Positions 52,044 through 64,000 of a stretch of 64,000 bases of DNA are shown piece by piece (the stretch's first letter is position 1; each line of letters starts with the position of its first letter). The notes beneath the pieces were generated by a model. It was not told the origin of the DNA. It did no database searches and was given only the letters and a program-made list of their open reading frames with translations. A program made the translations under genes and the position numbers. This stretch comes from Octopus vulgaris (lineage: Eukaryota): positions 66,588,001-66,652,000 of the forward strand of contig OX597828.1 of NCBI GenBank assembly GCA_951406725.2, given 5' to 3'.

Positions 52044-52910
52044 CCCTTTCGTTACCAAACCGCCCGAAAAAAATTTTGGTTAATGTGACCAAACCGCCCA
52101 AAGCCGCCCGAATTTACCTATTCATATTTAAATGAGAATATCAGAGCAAATCTCTTTAGTACATTCATGAAAACACGTATTATACTTCGTAAAGAGTTCA
52201 ACTATAGTTTTGTACAAAAATCGAAGTGTAATTTTAATTCCATGAATTTTGGGAGATTTTTTTCCAAAATTTGTTCCTATTGTGTTTTCAAAATTTGTAA
52301 TTCTGACAAAAAAAATGGATACAAATTTCATTATATCAAGCAGCGAGTCAGAATTTGAAGGATTTTCTACTGAAGACCTTCATAAATCTAACTCTATGAC
52401 TGAAAAAAAAAAGCATATGGTATTTGATAATGAATCTGATGTTTCATTTTCCGAAAGTGAAAACAGGGAATCCGAGAGCTCCGACAGTGATAAAGAAAAT
52501 GAATTGGCACCTGAATGGAGTGAAAATTTAAAAACTGTTTCTTTCGGTGATTTTTCTGAAGAAACTGGACCAAGCCACAGACTTTCCCAGGAGAGTAAAG
52601 CCTTAGACTATTTCTTTTTACTTTTTCAATGAGTCTATTTGAAATCATTACGGCGGAAATTTTAATAATTTTATATTTTGTTGAATTTACCTGTATCTAC
52701 CTGCAATTAGAGTCACTTTGTGACAAAAATTATAGTATAGAATTGGTTGAGAACATTTCATTAAATTATCTTCCAAAATTCACGTTAATATATTTATAAA
52801 TAAATTAGTTATAGTTGTTTAATGAAACCAGACTAAATTTATGATTATGTAAGAAATTAATTGAAACACATAAGGGGTGTATTTTGGTCAGAAATATAGT
52901 AACGAAAGGG
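52044..52910 (+). mobile_element. Internally deleted piggyBac element retaining the transposase N-terminus
   Basis: TTAA TSDs at 52040-52043 and 52911-52914; TIR CCCTTTCGTTAC; acidic ORF MDTNFIISSSESEFEGF...W...F.EETGP...LDYFFLLF typical of piggyBac N-termini. Confidence 0.85.
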
Positions 52911-53312
52911 TTAAAGCATGTCTATCTTACACACTATGAAGACAGTGGTTTTTGATCGTAATACACCACATAGATATTGGTTTTTGAGGTGACATACTTT
53001 TTCTTAATTCTAATTGCTGAAAAGATTAACCTTCTAATCCAGTCATATTCAGCCCAAATATTCTACCTGTTTTATGTTAAAACTGACCAGATCTAACCTC
53101 TCATACTTGTCCTACACTGTCATTCTAAAAATGATGATATCTAATGGAATCTCTCTGAAGTTGAGGTGAACACAAAAATATATGATGAGTTACATTTTTC
53201 ACCTGTATGTACAGCATGGATATGAACATGAAACTTTTGAAAGCCTGTCTAATTACATTAATCCCATGAAATCAGATCTGGTAGACAGTAAAATCAGTGG
53301 TGAAATTCTGCT

Positions 53313-53724
53313 TTAAGCACACCATATAACCCCTTGTAATTAAAAATTTTTGTTTAGAATTTTCAGAAAATTCTGGCAAATTTGTGTTCTACACATGGAA
53401 ATTCATGATTATACAACCACCCCACCCCCAAAAAATGGTGCATGATTTAAGGGCTGTTATTTTTAGCGCATAACATCCTCGTACCTTTCTCCCCATAAAC
53501 ATATTTAATGATCTATTACTGGAATTTAAGCCAAAAGTTTGAATTGTGTGTATTTTTAAACTATGAATAAAAAGGAATTTTTTTAAATTATGTAAAATTA
53601 GAAGAAAACATTTTTTTTTCATAGGCATGTGATTTCCCATGTGTATGATACAAATTCGAAAAAAAAACAAATTATGAAAATTTCCAAAAGTAAATAAATT
53701 ATGAAGGATTATATGGTGTGCTTA
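53313..53724. mobile_element. MITE with long imperfect TIRs (ttaagcacaccatataa ... ttatatggtgtgcttaa)
   Basis: Inverted termini visible at ~53308-53400 and ~53635-53731. Confidence 0.6.
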
Positions 53725-56700
53725 AAGCAGACTTCCAACCAAATTTGAAAGCTAAAGATTATTTATCTAGCTTGGAAACAGGTGCAGATTGGCAACAGGA
53801 AGAAAATCTGTCTCAATAAATGCCATCTGACCCATGCAAGCATGGAAAAGTGGACGTTAAAATGATGATGGTGGTAAAAAAAATCCTCAGCCCGAAATTT
53901 TAATAACTGTTCAACTTGATTCAATAATTGAAAATGTTTAGATCAGATGAAGATTCTGTAACATTTTAACAAATTAAAAAGAGCCGTCATAGAAAAAAGT
54001 ATCAGAGCCATTGGTATAAGTCATTTCAAAGAATAAATCCTATATGTATTATATCAAAATAAGCAAATGTGTAAAATAAAAAATCAAAGTCACTCAGCCA
54101 AAAAGCTAACCAAACCCAAAACAGCTTGTATTTAGGAGTTTATGACAAACTGCAGGGTTTTCCCAACTCTGTGAAAAAGCTGGTGGAACATCATTTTAAA
54201 TGTACCTTGAAATTTATAAAGAAAGCTTATAATAGATTAAATTGACTATACTATATGTCCAGTTACTTTATAGGTCCTGAAAAAAGAGAACCCAAAGTTG
54301 ACTCTGGTGAGATTTGAAATCAGAAAATAAAGGGAGAAAACTAACAACTGTAAAGGTGCTGACATAACTATCTGACATACCTATCACTCCACTGCCTCTA
54401 GTATCTTCTCTTAATCCAATATACCCAGTTTCATCATGTACTATAAATAAACAAGACACATGTTTAATTATATTGTACAATCCAACCTCCCCCTGCTGTA
54501 ACTAAATGTCAGTGGTCTGGTAAATAGTTATAAACTAAAGGACTACATCGTTGAGATAGAATTTTCACAAGTACTAGTGATGGATAGATGGATGGATGCA
54601 TCTTCTTTCACTTGTTTCAGTCATTGGACTGTGGCCATGCTGGGGCACTGCCTTAAAGAAATTTTAGTTGAATGAATTAACTTCAGTGCTTATTTTTATT
54701 TTATTTAAGCCTGGCACTTGTTCTATTGATCTCTTTTTGCCAAACTGCTAAGTTACAAGGATGTAAACAAACAGCAGTGGGGAATAAACAGACACACACA
54801 AGCTCACACACACACACACACATATATGATAGGCTTCTTTCAGTTTCCGTCTACCTACCAAATCCACTCACAAGGCTTTGGTCAACCTGAGGTTATAGTA
54901 GAAGACATTTGCCCAAGATGACATGCAGTGGGACTGAACCCAGAACCATGTGGTTGAGAAATAAGCTTATTACCACACAGCCACACCAGTGCCTGCATAA
55001 ACTTTGCAAGTTTTTTGCTTGATAATCAGAAACATGCCTACCTACTACCACATCAATATAATAACAACTTATCCTTTGCCTTTACCAAAATCTTATCCAA
55101 ACTTAAAACAAACAGGCATGCATTCTTGTTTATTTTAAATATAGATTTATTCATGCATGCACACACTGATGCCCTACACGTGCGCACACACAAATTCTGA
55201 GAATGCAATCCTGGCTACGCATGTCTGGTAGAGAGTGATAGGGGTTTTATAACATCTCAAGACTGCAGTGAATTTAATCATTTCCATTTGGAAACAAAAG
55301 TTAGAATAGAATTTTAGTATTGATTCCACCCAACTTTAAACCATTTACGATTAAATTTAAATAGTTGGCCTTCATTTTCATTTGAGCAAAAAATCTATAT
55401 ACCATAAGATCCTTTCTTAAATATGGCTAAATTCAGATCAGGGGTTTATCATAAATTAAATGTAAACTGAAACGGGCCAAATAACAGCAGTAAGACAGAT
55501 GTTGTAATAATAACGAAAGGGAGTCGGGGAGAAAGTAAGCAAAGGTAGGGGCAACATTTCACCACTCCCCCCCCACACCAAGAGACATCCACAAGACTAA
55601 AAAGATAAACAACTCTGTGTGTGTGTGTGTGTGTGTTAACTACGTACATGTGTACCTCACAAGGCTCACATTAATTCACATAAGTGAGGTATTTATTCTA
55701 CTAAAGATGCTTACAACTAACTGGAAATTAGTTGGGGCTATGGCCATTATCTATGGGAAATATCTTTTTTTACTTGTTTCAGTCATTAGACTGTGGCCAT
55801 ACTGGGGCATCGCTTTGAAGAATTTTAGTTGAATGAATTGGACCCAGTACTATTTTTTTGTATAGCCTGGTACTTATTCTATCAGTTTCTCTTGCCGAAC
55901 CACTAAGTTACAGGGACGTAGAGTTGCCGTGTGGTAAGTAGCTTACTTACCAACCACATAGTTCTGGGTTCAGTCCCACTGCGTGGCACCTTGGGCAAGT
56001 GTCTTCTACTATAGCCTCGGGCCGACCAAAGCCTTGTGAGTGGATTTGGTAGACAGAAACTGAAAGAAGCCCGTCGTATATATGTATATATATATTTGTA
56101 TGTGTGTGTATATGTTAGTGTGTCTGTGTTTATCCCCCCCCCCCCAACATCGCTTGACAACAGATGCTGGTGTGTTTACATCCCCCATAACTTAGCGGTT
56201 CAGCAAAAGAGACCGATAGAATAAGTACTAGGCTTACAAAGAATAAGTCCTGGGGTCGATTTACTCGACTAAAAGGTGGTGCTCCAGCATGGCCACAGTC
56301 ACATGACTGCAACAAGTAAAAGAGTATATAAACACTGGTTGCGAAGTGGTGATACAAAGACACACACACACACACACAGAGGCTTCTTTCAGTTTCCGTG
56401 TACCAAATCCACTCCCAAGTCTTTAGTCAGCCTGAGGCTATATATCTGGCCAAAAGAGTTTACTTGTTTTATGTCCAAACCAGCCAGACCAGATCAGGCT
56501 TCTCTCACAACTACCCTACAATGTCAATCAAAAAATATACAATCCCATTATATTTTGATCCCGGGGCTACAAAATAATGGATGAATGATTCAAAATAATA
56601 TGAATAAATAAGCATTACATATGACACAACACAGAATCCACACCAGTCAATACATCACACATACACAGATACATGCAGTCTCTCTCTCTCTCTCTCTCTA

Positions 56701-57536
56701 TTTCTATCACACACACACACACACACTCACGCATTTCTCCATATATATAAATATACAATCTGCAACTAAAAGGCAGACCTGGAGTAATGCTGGCATACTA
56801 TTGATGACGTCACAAATGGTGATAAAAGAACTCTAACCAAACTGACTGACTGACTGGCAGAACAATTAGTCAAATAATCAACGAATTAATTAGTTAAATG
56901 GTTAACTAGTTAAATAATAAAAATGATAATAATAATAATAATAATCCTGTCTACTAAAAGTACAAGGCCTGAAATTTGGGAGGGAGGGGACTAGTCAATT
57001 ACATCGACCCCAATGTGTCACTGGTACTTAATTTATCGGCCCAGAAAGGAGGAAAGGCAAAGCCAACCCCAGCAGAATTTGAACTCAGAATGTAGTGGCA
57101 GACAAAATACCTATTTCTTTATTACCCACAACGGGTTAAACATAGAGGGGACAAACAAGGACAGACACACGGATTAAGTCGATTACATCGACCCCCAGTG
57201 TGTAACTGGTACTTAATTTATCGACCCCGAAATGATGAAAAGCAAAGTCGACCCCAGCAGAATTTGAACTCAGAATGTAGTGGCAGACAAAATACCTATT
57301 TCTTTATTACCCACAACGGGTTAAACATAGAGGGGACAAACAAGGACAGACACACGGATTAAGTCGATTATATCGACCCCCAGTGTGTAACTGGTACTTA
57401 ATTTATCGACCCCGAAATGATGAAAGGCAAAGTCGACCTCGGCGGAATTTGAACTCAGAACGTAACGGCAGACAAAATACAGCTAAGCATTTTGCCTGAT
57501 GTGCTAATAATTCTGCCAACTCAATGCCTTAATAAT

Positions 57537-57582
<46 letters not shown>

Positions 57583-58132
57583 GATATAATGACCTGCTCA
57601 AGAGACACTAAAAGAATATATAATCATATAAAGTAAAATATGTATAGTTCTTTTCTTAAACTACCTCACTTAGTTTCACCTCTAAACTCAATAAAGTGCA
57701 TAAATTAATTTTTGAGGCCTTTCTATTACAAGTAAGAAAATATTTTGCATGTGATAAGAACTAGGTGAACTGATGAGAGAAGCAAGTCAAGCCCAGCCCA
57801 CATTTCTTGTGCTTTGTGCTTCAGCATCAAGATATACCTGGAATTTGAGAAGGCTGGCAAGCTTTAGGAAGGCCATGATATAAAAAAAAAAAGTTAACTA
57901 CCCCCACAAACGACAAAACAAAAACAGCCGGCTGAAAGATAAGTGCGGGAGGCAAAGGCACGCGTGCTAACACACGCATGCACCCCAGGGGATATGCGGT
58001 TTGATTCCCAATAGACACAAGCCAGTTATTTTCTTTTCTATTCACATATTTACATTATAGTTGAATATTTATCTTACATTATATATATATATATATATAT
58101 ATATTACATTTTATATCTGCTTATCTATATAC

Positions 58133-58170
<38 letters not shown>

Positions 58171-58355
58171 GCTCTTGTATATGTATATATATTTATGTGT
58201 GTGTGTGTATATTATTCATGCATGTATGTGTGTATATATACTTATATATATATATCCCCCCTCTCTCTCTATATATATACAGAGAGAGAGAGGTGTATGT
58301 ATGTATGTTTGTATATTTATGTATATGTAAGCATGTGTATATATATATATATATA

Positions 58356-58392
<37 letters not shown>

Positions 58393-60301
58393 TAGGGAGA
58401 GGGGGATATATATAATCATCATCTAACGTCCATTTTCCTTGCTGGCATGGGTTAGACGATTTGACTGGAACTGGTAAGCCAGAGAGCTGCACCAGGTTCC
58501 AGTTTGATTTGGCATGGTTTCTATGGCTGGATGCCCTTGTTTCAGTTATTTGACTGTAGCCATACTAGGGCACTGCCGTGAAGGGTTTTAGTTGAACAAA
58601 TCAACCCCACGTCTCTTTTCAGATAGGCATAGGAGTGGCTGTGTGGTAAGTAGCTTGCTTACGAACCACATGGTTCCAGGTTCAGTCCCACTGCGTGGCA
58701 CCTTGGGCAAGTGTCTTCTACTATAGCCTCGGGCTGACCAAAGCTTTGTGAGTGGATTTGGTAGACGGAAACTGAAAGAAGCCCATCGTATATATGCATA
58801 TGTTTGTGTGTTGTGATTGTCCTTACCCCCAACATCGCTTGACAACCGATGCTGGTTCGGCAAAAGAGACCGATAGAATAAGTACTAGGCTTACAAAGAA
58901 TAAGTCCTGGGGTCGATTTCCTCAACGAAAGGCGGTGCTCCAGCATGGCCACAGTCAAATGACTGAAACAAGTAAATGAGTAACAAATATACTACTACTA
59001 CTATAACACACACATGGCCACAACAGATGCATCTACACTGTCTCCTCCTGTCCCCCTACTGTCTCATCTCCCAAACACTTAAACACAAGACTTGCAACCT
59101 TTAGTAATTCCCTCCCAAGTTTCAGCGCAAAGGTACAGGGCACCACCCTCCTCTTTCCTCCCTCCCTCCCTCCTAAAACAATTTGTTAAACACTTCTTTC
59201 TTTTTTTTTACTCAGACAAAAATATATTTTCAGACAAAAAAAATTATTTTTATCGTCTAGAAAAGAAAAATAAATGAGATTGGAGAGTGATAAAGGGAGT
59301 GAGTGGGAAATTGAGATAAGAACAGAGAGCATATTGATTTAATCATAACAAAAACAAACTATTCTTAGACCAAAGAGAACAACAGAGCAGTTTATTGGTG
59401 GAACCAGTTGAAGGTGAGAAAGAAATGCAAAATATTTTGGACAACTTGAGGGAGAGTCGTCTGAGAATGGAGAAGAGGTTTAAGAAACTGAATAATGAAA
59501 ATAAATGCAGAAAGTATCTTGAAAAATATATCAGGGAATAACAGAAAGGAGTAAGAACTAATTAGAAATAGAGGGGGGGGCAAAGATGTATTTTATTAAA
59601 AAAAAAGAGAGAAAAAACAGTTGAAAATAAAAGCGATGTAAAAAAAAATCTAAGAATTTCAATGGTAAAAAAATAAAATTCAAGGTAAAATAAAAGGAGG
59701 AAAGGAGGTAAAAATAAAGAGAAGGGGGGGAATAAGATAAGGAGAAAAAAGAAAAGCCAGAAAGAAAAAATAAGGTAGTAGAGAAAAGAAGAGAAGAGAA
59801 AGAGAAGTGAAAAGAGAGAGAGGTAAACAAAAAAATTGAGAGCAGTCAAAGAGAAGCAGAGAAAGACAGCTGCAATGGAGACAATATTAGAAATTGGAAG
59901 TGCAATCCACATCACCTGCAGGCAATGCGTAAAAGAAAAAAAGGGGGAATGAGAGGAGTAAGGCAATTGTAACAGACATGCCATCAGTGTGATGCTGTTT
60001 ACAGCTTGTGTTGTAGTGTTTTATGATGTCAGCAGCAGACCAAACAGTTAAGTGTTGTTTAGGTTTGTTTATTTTCCCGCCACTTCTCTCTACCCTACCA
60101 CCCCAAGCCAATTCATTGAACATCAACCCCGCCAAATTTCTGTTTGTCTCGGACACAAACAGAAGGAGAAAAAAAAAAAAACAGCTGTCATGACAAAAGA
60201 TACATAAGTACAATGTAATAAAAAGAAATCCTAAACAAATATTATTTCAAAGAGCTTTTAGTTGTGTAACTGAATACTTGGTTTTTGGATCCCTCAAACT
60301 A

Positions 60302-60428
60302 CAGGGTGTCCACAAAGTTTGGGTGCATGGGAATTAACAAATACTTTAAGAAATTATTATTTCTTATATTTAATTCTTTATGTTATGATTTTATTTACTC
60401 CATGTACCCAGACTTTGCAGACACCCTA
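60302..60428. mobile_element. Tc1/mariner-type MITE (~127 bp)
   Basis: ta|cagggtgtccacaaagtttgggtgcatgg ... ccatgtacccagactttgcagacaccct inverted termini. Confidence 0.75.
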
Positions 60429-60929
60429 CACAATACTGGCAATAGTTCTGTCTGGGTTTCCTTTGATTAATTTAGTCTATTTGTCTGGAGAATACCCGTT
60501 AAATGCAGAGTGTGACCTCTACATATTCATTGATCTCTCTTTTCAAATACTAGAATCCATTGCTCTAGAACTGATTGATTCAATCAAGCGTATCTCCCTC
60601 AACTAACAAGAAATAACTTTGTACTTGATAAATAAATCATTACAACCCATTCCATCACAAAATATTATGTACCATAGAAATGTAGAGTAAGAACCTGCAA
60701 GATGACTTGAGAAAATAGCCTTCATTCCAGGTTACAGACACTTCATATTACATCACCAAAGCACTTAAAAATCACAATGAGCACACTTAATTCCCCATTC
60801 CCATAACAATAAAACATAAGCCTCATAAATCAATACATAGATTCGTTTTATAATCGACAAAAAAACTGTACAAAACAGGTGTAGAGATAGGAGAGTATTG
60901 TAGTTCGCTTGAAGCACTGTGTATTGTTT

Positions 60930-61395
60930 CATCATCATCATTTAACATCTGTTTTCCATGCTAGCATGGGTTGGACGGTTTGACCGGGGTCTGGTAAGCC
61001 ATGGAGACTGCACCAGGCTCCAGTCTGATTTGGCAGTGTTTCTACAGCTGGATGCCCTTCCTAACGCCAACAAGTGTAGTGGGTGCTTTTTACGTGTCAC
61101 CGACACGGGTGTCTTAACTAAAATTTCCATTTGAATTTTTATTTTGATGTACTTGACTCAATAGGTCTCCTCAAGAACAGCGGATCACTCTATGATCCAA
61201 GATTAGCACAGAAGGCCGTCCTGCGAGCCATGAACTCACTTCATTTGTCGGGTCTTCAAAGCCACAGCATATCTCCAGAGGACTCGGTCTTTCATCATAG
61301 CCTCTGTGAGACTCAAAGTACGAAGGTCATGCTTGACCACCTTGTCCAATGTCTTCCTGGGTCTACCTCTACCCTGGATTCCTTCAGTTTGGGAG
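60930..61395 (-). mobile_element. RTE LINE 3' end (ORF2 tail, 3'UTR and (GAT)n)
   Basis: GRGRPRKTLDKVVKHDLRTLSLTEAMMKDRVLWRYAV, then the common ggaagggcatccagctg tail. Confidence 0.85.
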
Positions 61396-61401
61396 TGTTT
61401 G

Positions 61402-61703
61402 TAAAGAATAAAATGTGTTGAATTACACAACAGTGCACTATAATAACTGTTGTAATTTAATCGTCCATGGTCTGATATGATATTTCGGAATAAAAATTCC
61501 TTCTTCAGATATCCCTAGGAATTGATGGAGTCGCTGCTATAACCGATTATAGCAGCGATTCCATCGATTCCTAGGGATATCTGAAGGAATTTTTATTCCG
61601 AAATATCATCTCAGACTATGGACAATTAAATTACAACAGTTATTATAGTCCGTTGTTTGTATTACAGTGCACTGTTGTGGCATTCAAAACATTTTATTCT
61701 TTA
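61402..61703. repeat. ~300-bp imperfect palindrome (foldback), loop CCGA at 61543-61546
   Basis: Inner arms 61437-61542 and 61547-61649 are near-perfect reverse complements; outer arms continue past a short (~16-nt) insertion on the right. Confidence 0.95.
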
Positions 61704-62034
61704 TGTACAAAACAGCTTTGCAGTCCCACTAGCTATAAAATGGCTTTGACAAACATTTTGTTAATATGCCATGCTGAGTTCAGCAAAACTCAAAACTTTC
61801 CAATGACAGAAAAAAAGCAAAAGAAAATAGCATATTTCCTCTACCTTGAATTTGTGTATAAAAATGAAGTTTCCCAGTCATGGGCAACAATCCAATGTGT
61901 TGGAGACATTATGCATGGCTAAATTAATAAAACAGTGAACTCCTAACTCTTAATTTCAAATCACCCTGCAGGTATTGTAGGGAGGTTCTAAAGTTTTGTA
62001 GTGATTAACAAATTAACATCACTACTGTTTAGAG

Positions 62035-62743
62035 AATGGTTTTCAACCATTTTCTGCATATAGACCCCTTTGATTTCTATTTTGCTCAGGTGGACCTCCA
62101 TAGCCATTTATGGTATATATTAAAAAAATCCTACAGTATATTTTTTTATATATATATACGAATCCTACAGTATTTTTATAATTAAATATTATTAGGAATT
62201 GTATAATAATTAGAATATTTTGTGTATTGTAAAAATATAACTAATTTATTACTCTTTACTTGTTTCAGTCATTTGATTGTAGCACCGCCTTTAGTCGAGC
62301 ACATCGACCCCCAGGACTTATTCTTTGAAAGCCTAGTACTTATTCTATCAGTCTCTTTTGCCAAACCGCTAAGTTACGGGGACGTAAACAAACCAGCATT
62401 GGTTGTCAAGTGATGTTGGGGGCACAAACACAGACACATACACATGTGTGTGTGTGTGTGCCCCCAACATCACTTGACAACTGATGCTGGTGTGTTTACG
62501 TCCCCGTAACTTATATACATACAACGGGCTTCTTTCAGTTTCCGTCTACCAAATCCACTCACAAGGCTTTGGTCGGCCCGAGGCTATAGTAGAAGATACT
62601 TGCCCGAGGTGCCACGCAGTAGGACTGAACCCGGAACCATGTAGTTCGTAAGCAAGCTACTGACCACACAGCCACTCCTACGCCTATATTGCACATAAAT
62701 TTTAACAACAAAATCTTATACAGATCCTGGTTGAAAACCACTG
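62035..62743. mobile_element. hAT (Charlie/Buster-like) MITE with a SINE inserted at 62247-62687
   Basis: 8-bp TSD GTTTAGAG at 62027-62034 and 62744-62751; TIR tggttttcaacc / ggttgaaaaccactg. Confidence 0.82.
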
Positions 62744-63791
62744 GTTTAGAGAAACAATTTCCGCCACAGATAATTATGGTTTATTTAAAATGCATTACCA
62801 CAGAAAGGAAGTGAGCTGGCAGAATCGTTAGACCGTTAGGAAGAAAGCTTAGTATTAGGAAGAAAGCTTAGTATTAGACGCAATAGTATAATGGGAAAAA
62901 TAACGGCTGACTTTCTTTCAGATTTTAAAATATTTTTAGCTTAATAAAGAAAAAAAGCTTGGTTTCTAAAAAAACTTCCCAGGTGTTGTTTCAATATCAA
63001 ATAAGCCAGGAAATCTATAAGTAGTAGTATATGTATGAAGGAAGGGAAAGCTAAATTTATTTGTAAAGATTAGCTCAAAACATACAAGCATTAATATGGA
63101 TATATTTCACAAGAGTCGCTAGTTGTTCATCTTCATTTTTTTCCCCAATATCTGTCACTCCCATTAAACTTGTAGCCTTCCCAATAGGTAAATATTTTCA
63201 AATGATTTAGATTTTCAACTGATTTTACTGTTATGTTACAGTCTCTATGTGAGCCAATGGTATAGTATTGGTATATAAGGTGGTGAGCTGGCAGAAACGT
63301 CAGCATGCCAGCCGAAATTCTTAGCGGTATTTTGTCTGTCTTTACGTTCTGAGTTCAAATTCCGCCGAGGTCGACTTTGCCTTTCATCCTTTCGGGGTCA
63401 ATAAATTAAGTACCAGTTACGCACTGGAGTCGATGTAATCAACTTAATCCAATTGTCCCTTGTTTGTCCCCTCTGTGTTTAGCCCCTTGTGGGTAGTAAA
63501 GAAATAGGTATCGTATTGGTATTTATTGGTATATTCTATTTCTTGTTGCTGTTGACAAGATTAAGAAGACCTGTAGAAGGCAGCTAGGTGACAGAATCAT
63601 TAGCTATCAGATAAAATGCTTAGCGGCATTTTGACTGGTTTTACATTCCAAGTTCAAATTTCACCATGGTTGACTTTACCTTTCATTCTTTTGGGGTCAA
63701 TTAAATAAGTAGCAGTTGAACACTGGAATCAATGTTATTGACTTATCCCCTCCCCAAATTACTGAAACCAAAATTAAGACATGTGCATCTA

Positions 63792-63860
<69 letters not shown>

Positions 63861-64000
63861 GTGTATATATATGTGTGTGTGTGTGCGTATATATATGCGT
63901 GTGTATGTGTATATGTGTGTGTATGTGTATGTGTGTGTGTGTGTATCATCATCATCATCGTTTAACGTCCGCTTTCCATGCTAGCATGGGTTGGACGGTT

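Larger units (their letters stand above)
47671..53599. repeat. Long inverted duplication: arms 47671-48137 and 53134-53599, ~5-kb spacer
   Basis: ~465 bp nearly identical in reverse complement (e.g. ttcacctcaacttcagagagattccatta versus taatggaatctctctgaagttgaggtgaa). Confidence 0.95.

Noticed and set aside
52249-52632. 127-aa acidic ORF as a host or domesticated gene
   Set aside because: Lies between piggyBac TIRs and stops before the catalytic domain; a deletion derivative.
59558-59984. Phe/Leu/Ser-rich 'membrane protein' ORFs
   Set aside because: Artefact of a polypyrimidine tract.

Overview
AT-rich eukaryotic genomic DNA. The SINE, RTE, mariner and microsatellite content suggests an octopus or other cephalopod (inferred from repeat style, not from a database search). 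The one clear host gene is on the minus strand: an ANKLE1/LEM-3-like ankyrin + LEM + GIY-YIG nuclease. I reconstructed eight phase-consistent GT-AG coding exons from 37750 down to the stop at 10594, giving 6,832 nt and at least ~2,276 aa; the start exon was not found. The protein is far larger than vertebrate ANKLE1 because of one 5,814-nt exon that encodes a Ser-rich linker with a tandem S-x-Y-x-S-V-Q-E (FFAT/ITIM-like) motif array. The rest is introns and flanks filled with decayed transposons: mariner, pogo/Tigger, piggyBac and TTAA MITEs, hAT, Helitron, RTE, CR1-like and Penelope-like retroelements, and tRNA-SINEs. There are also several inverted-repeat structures, including a probable inversion scar (47.7-53.6 kb), a second long inverted duplication (38.6-41.7 kb) and a ~300-bp palindrome (61.4-61.7 kb).
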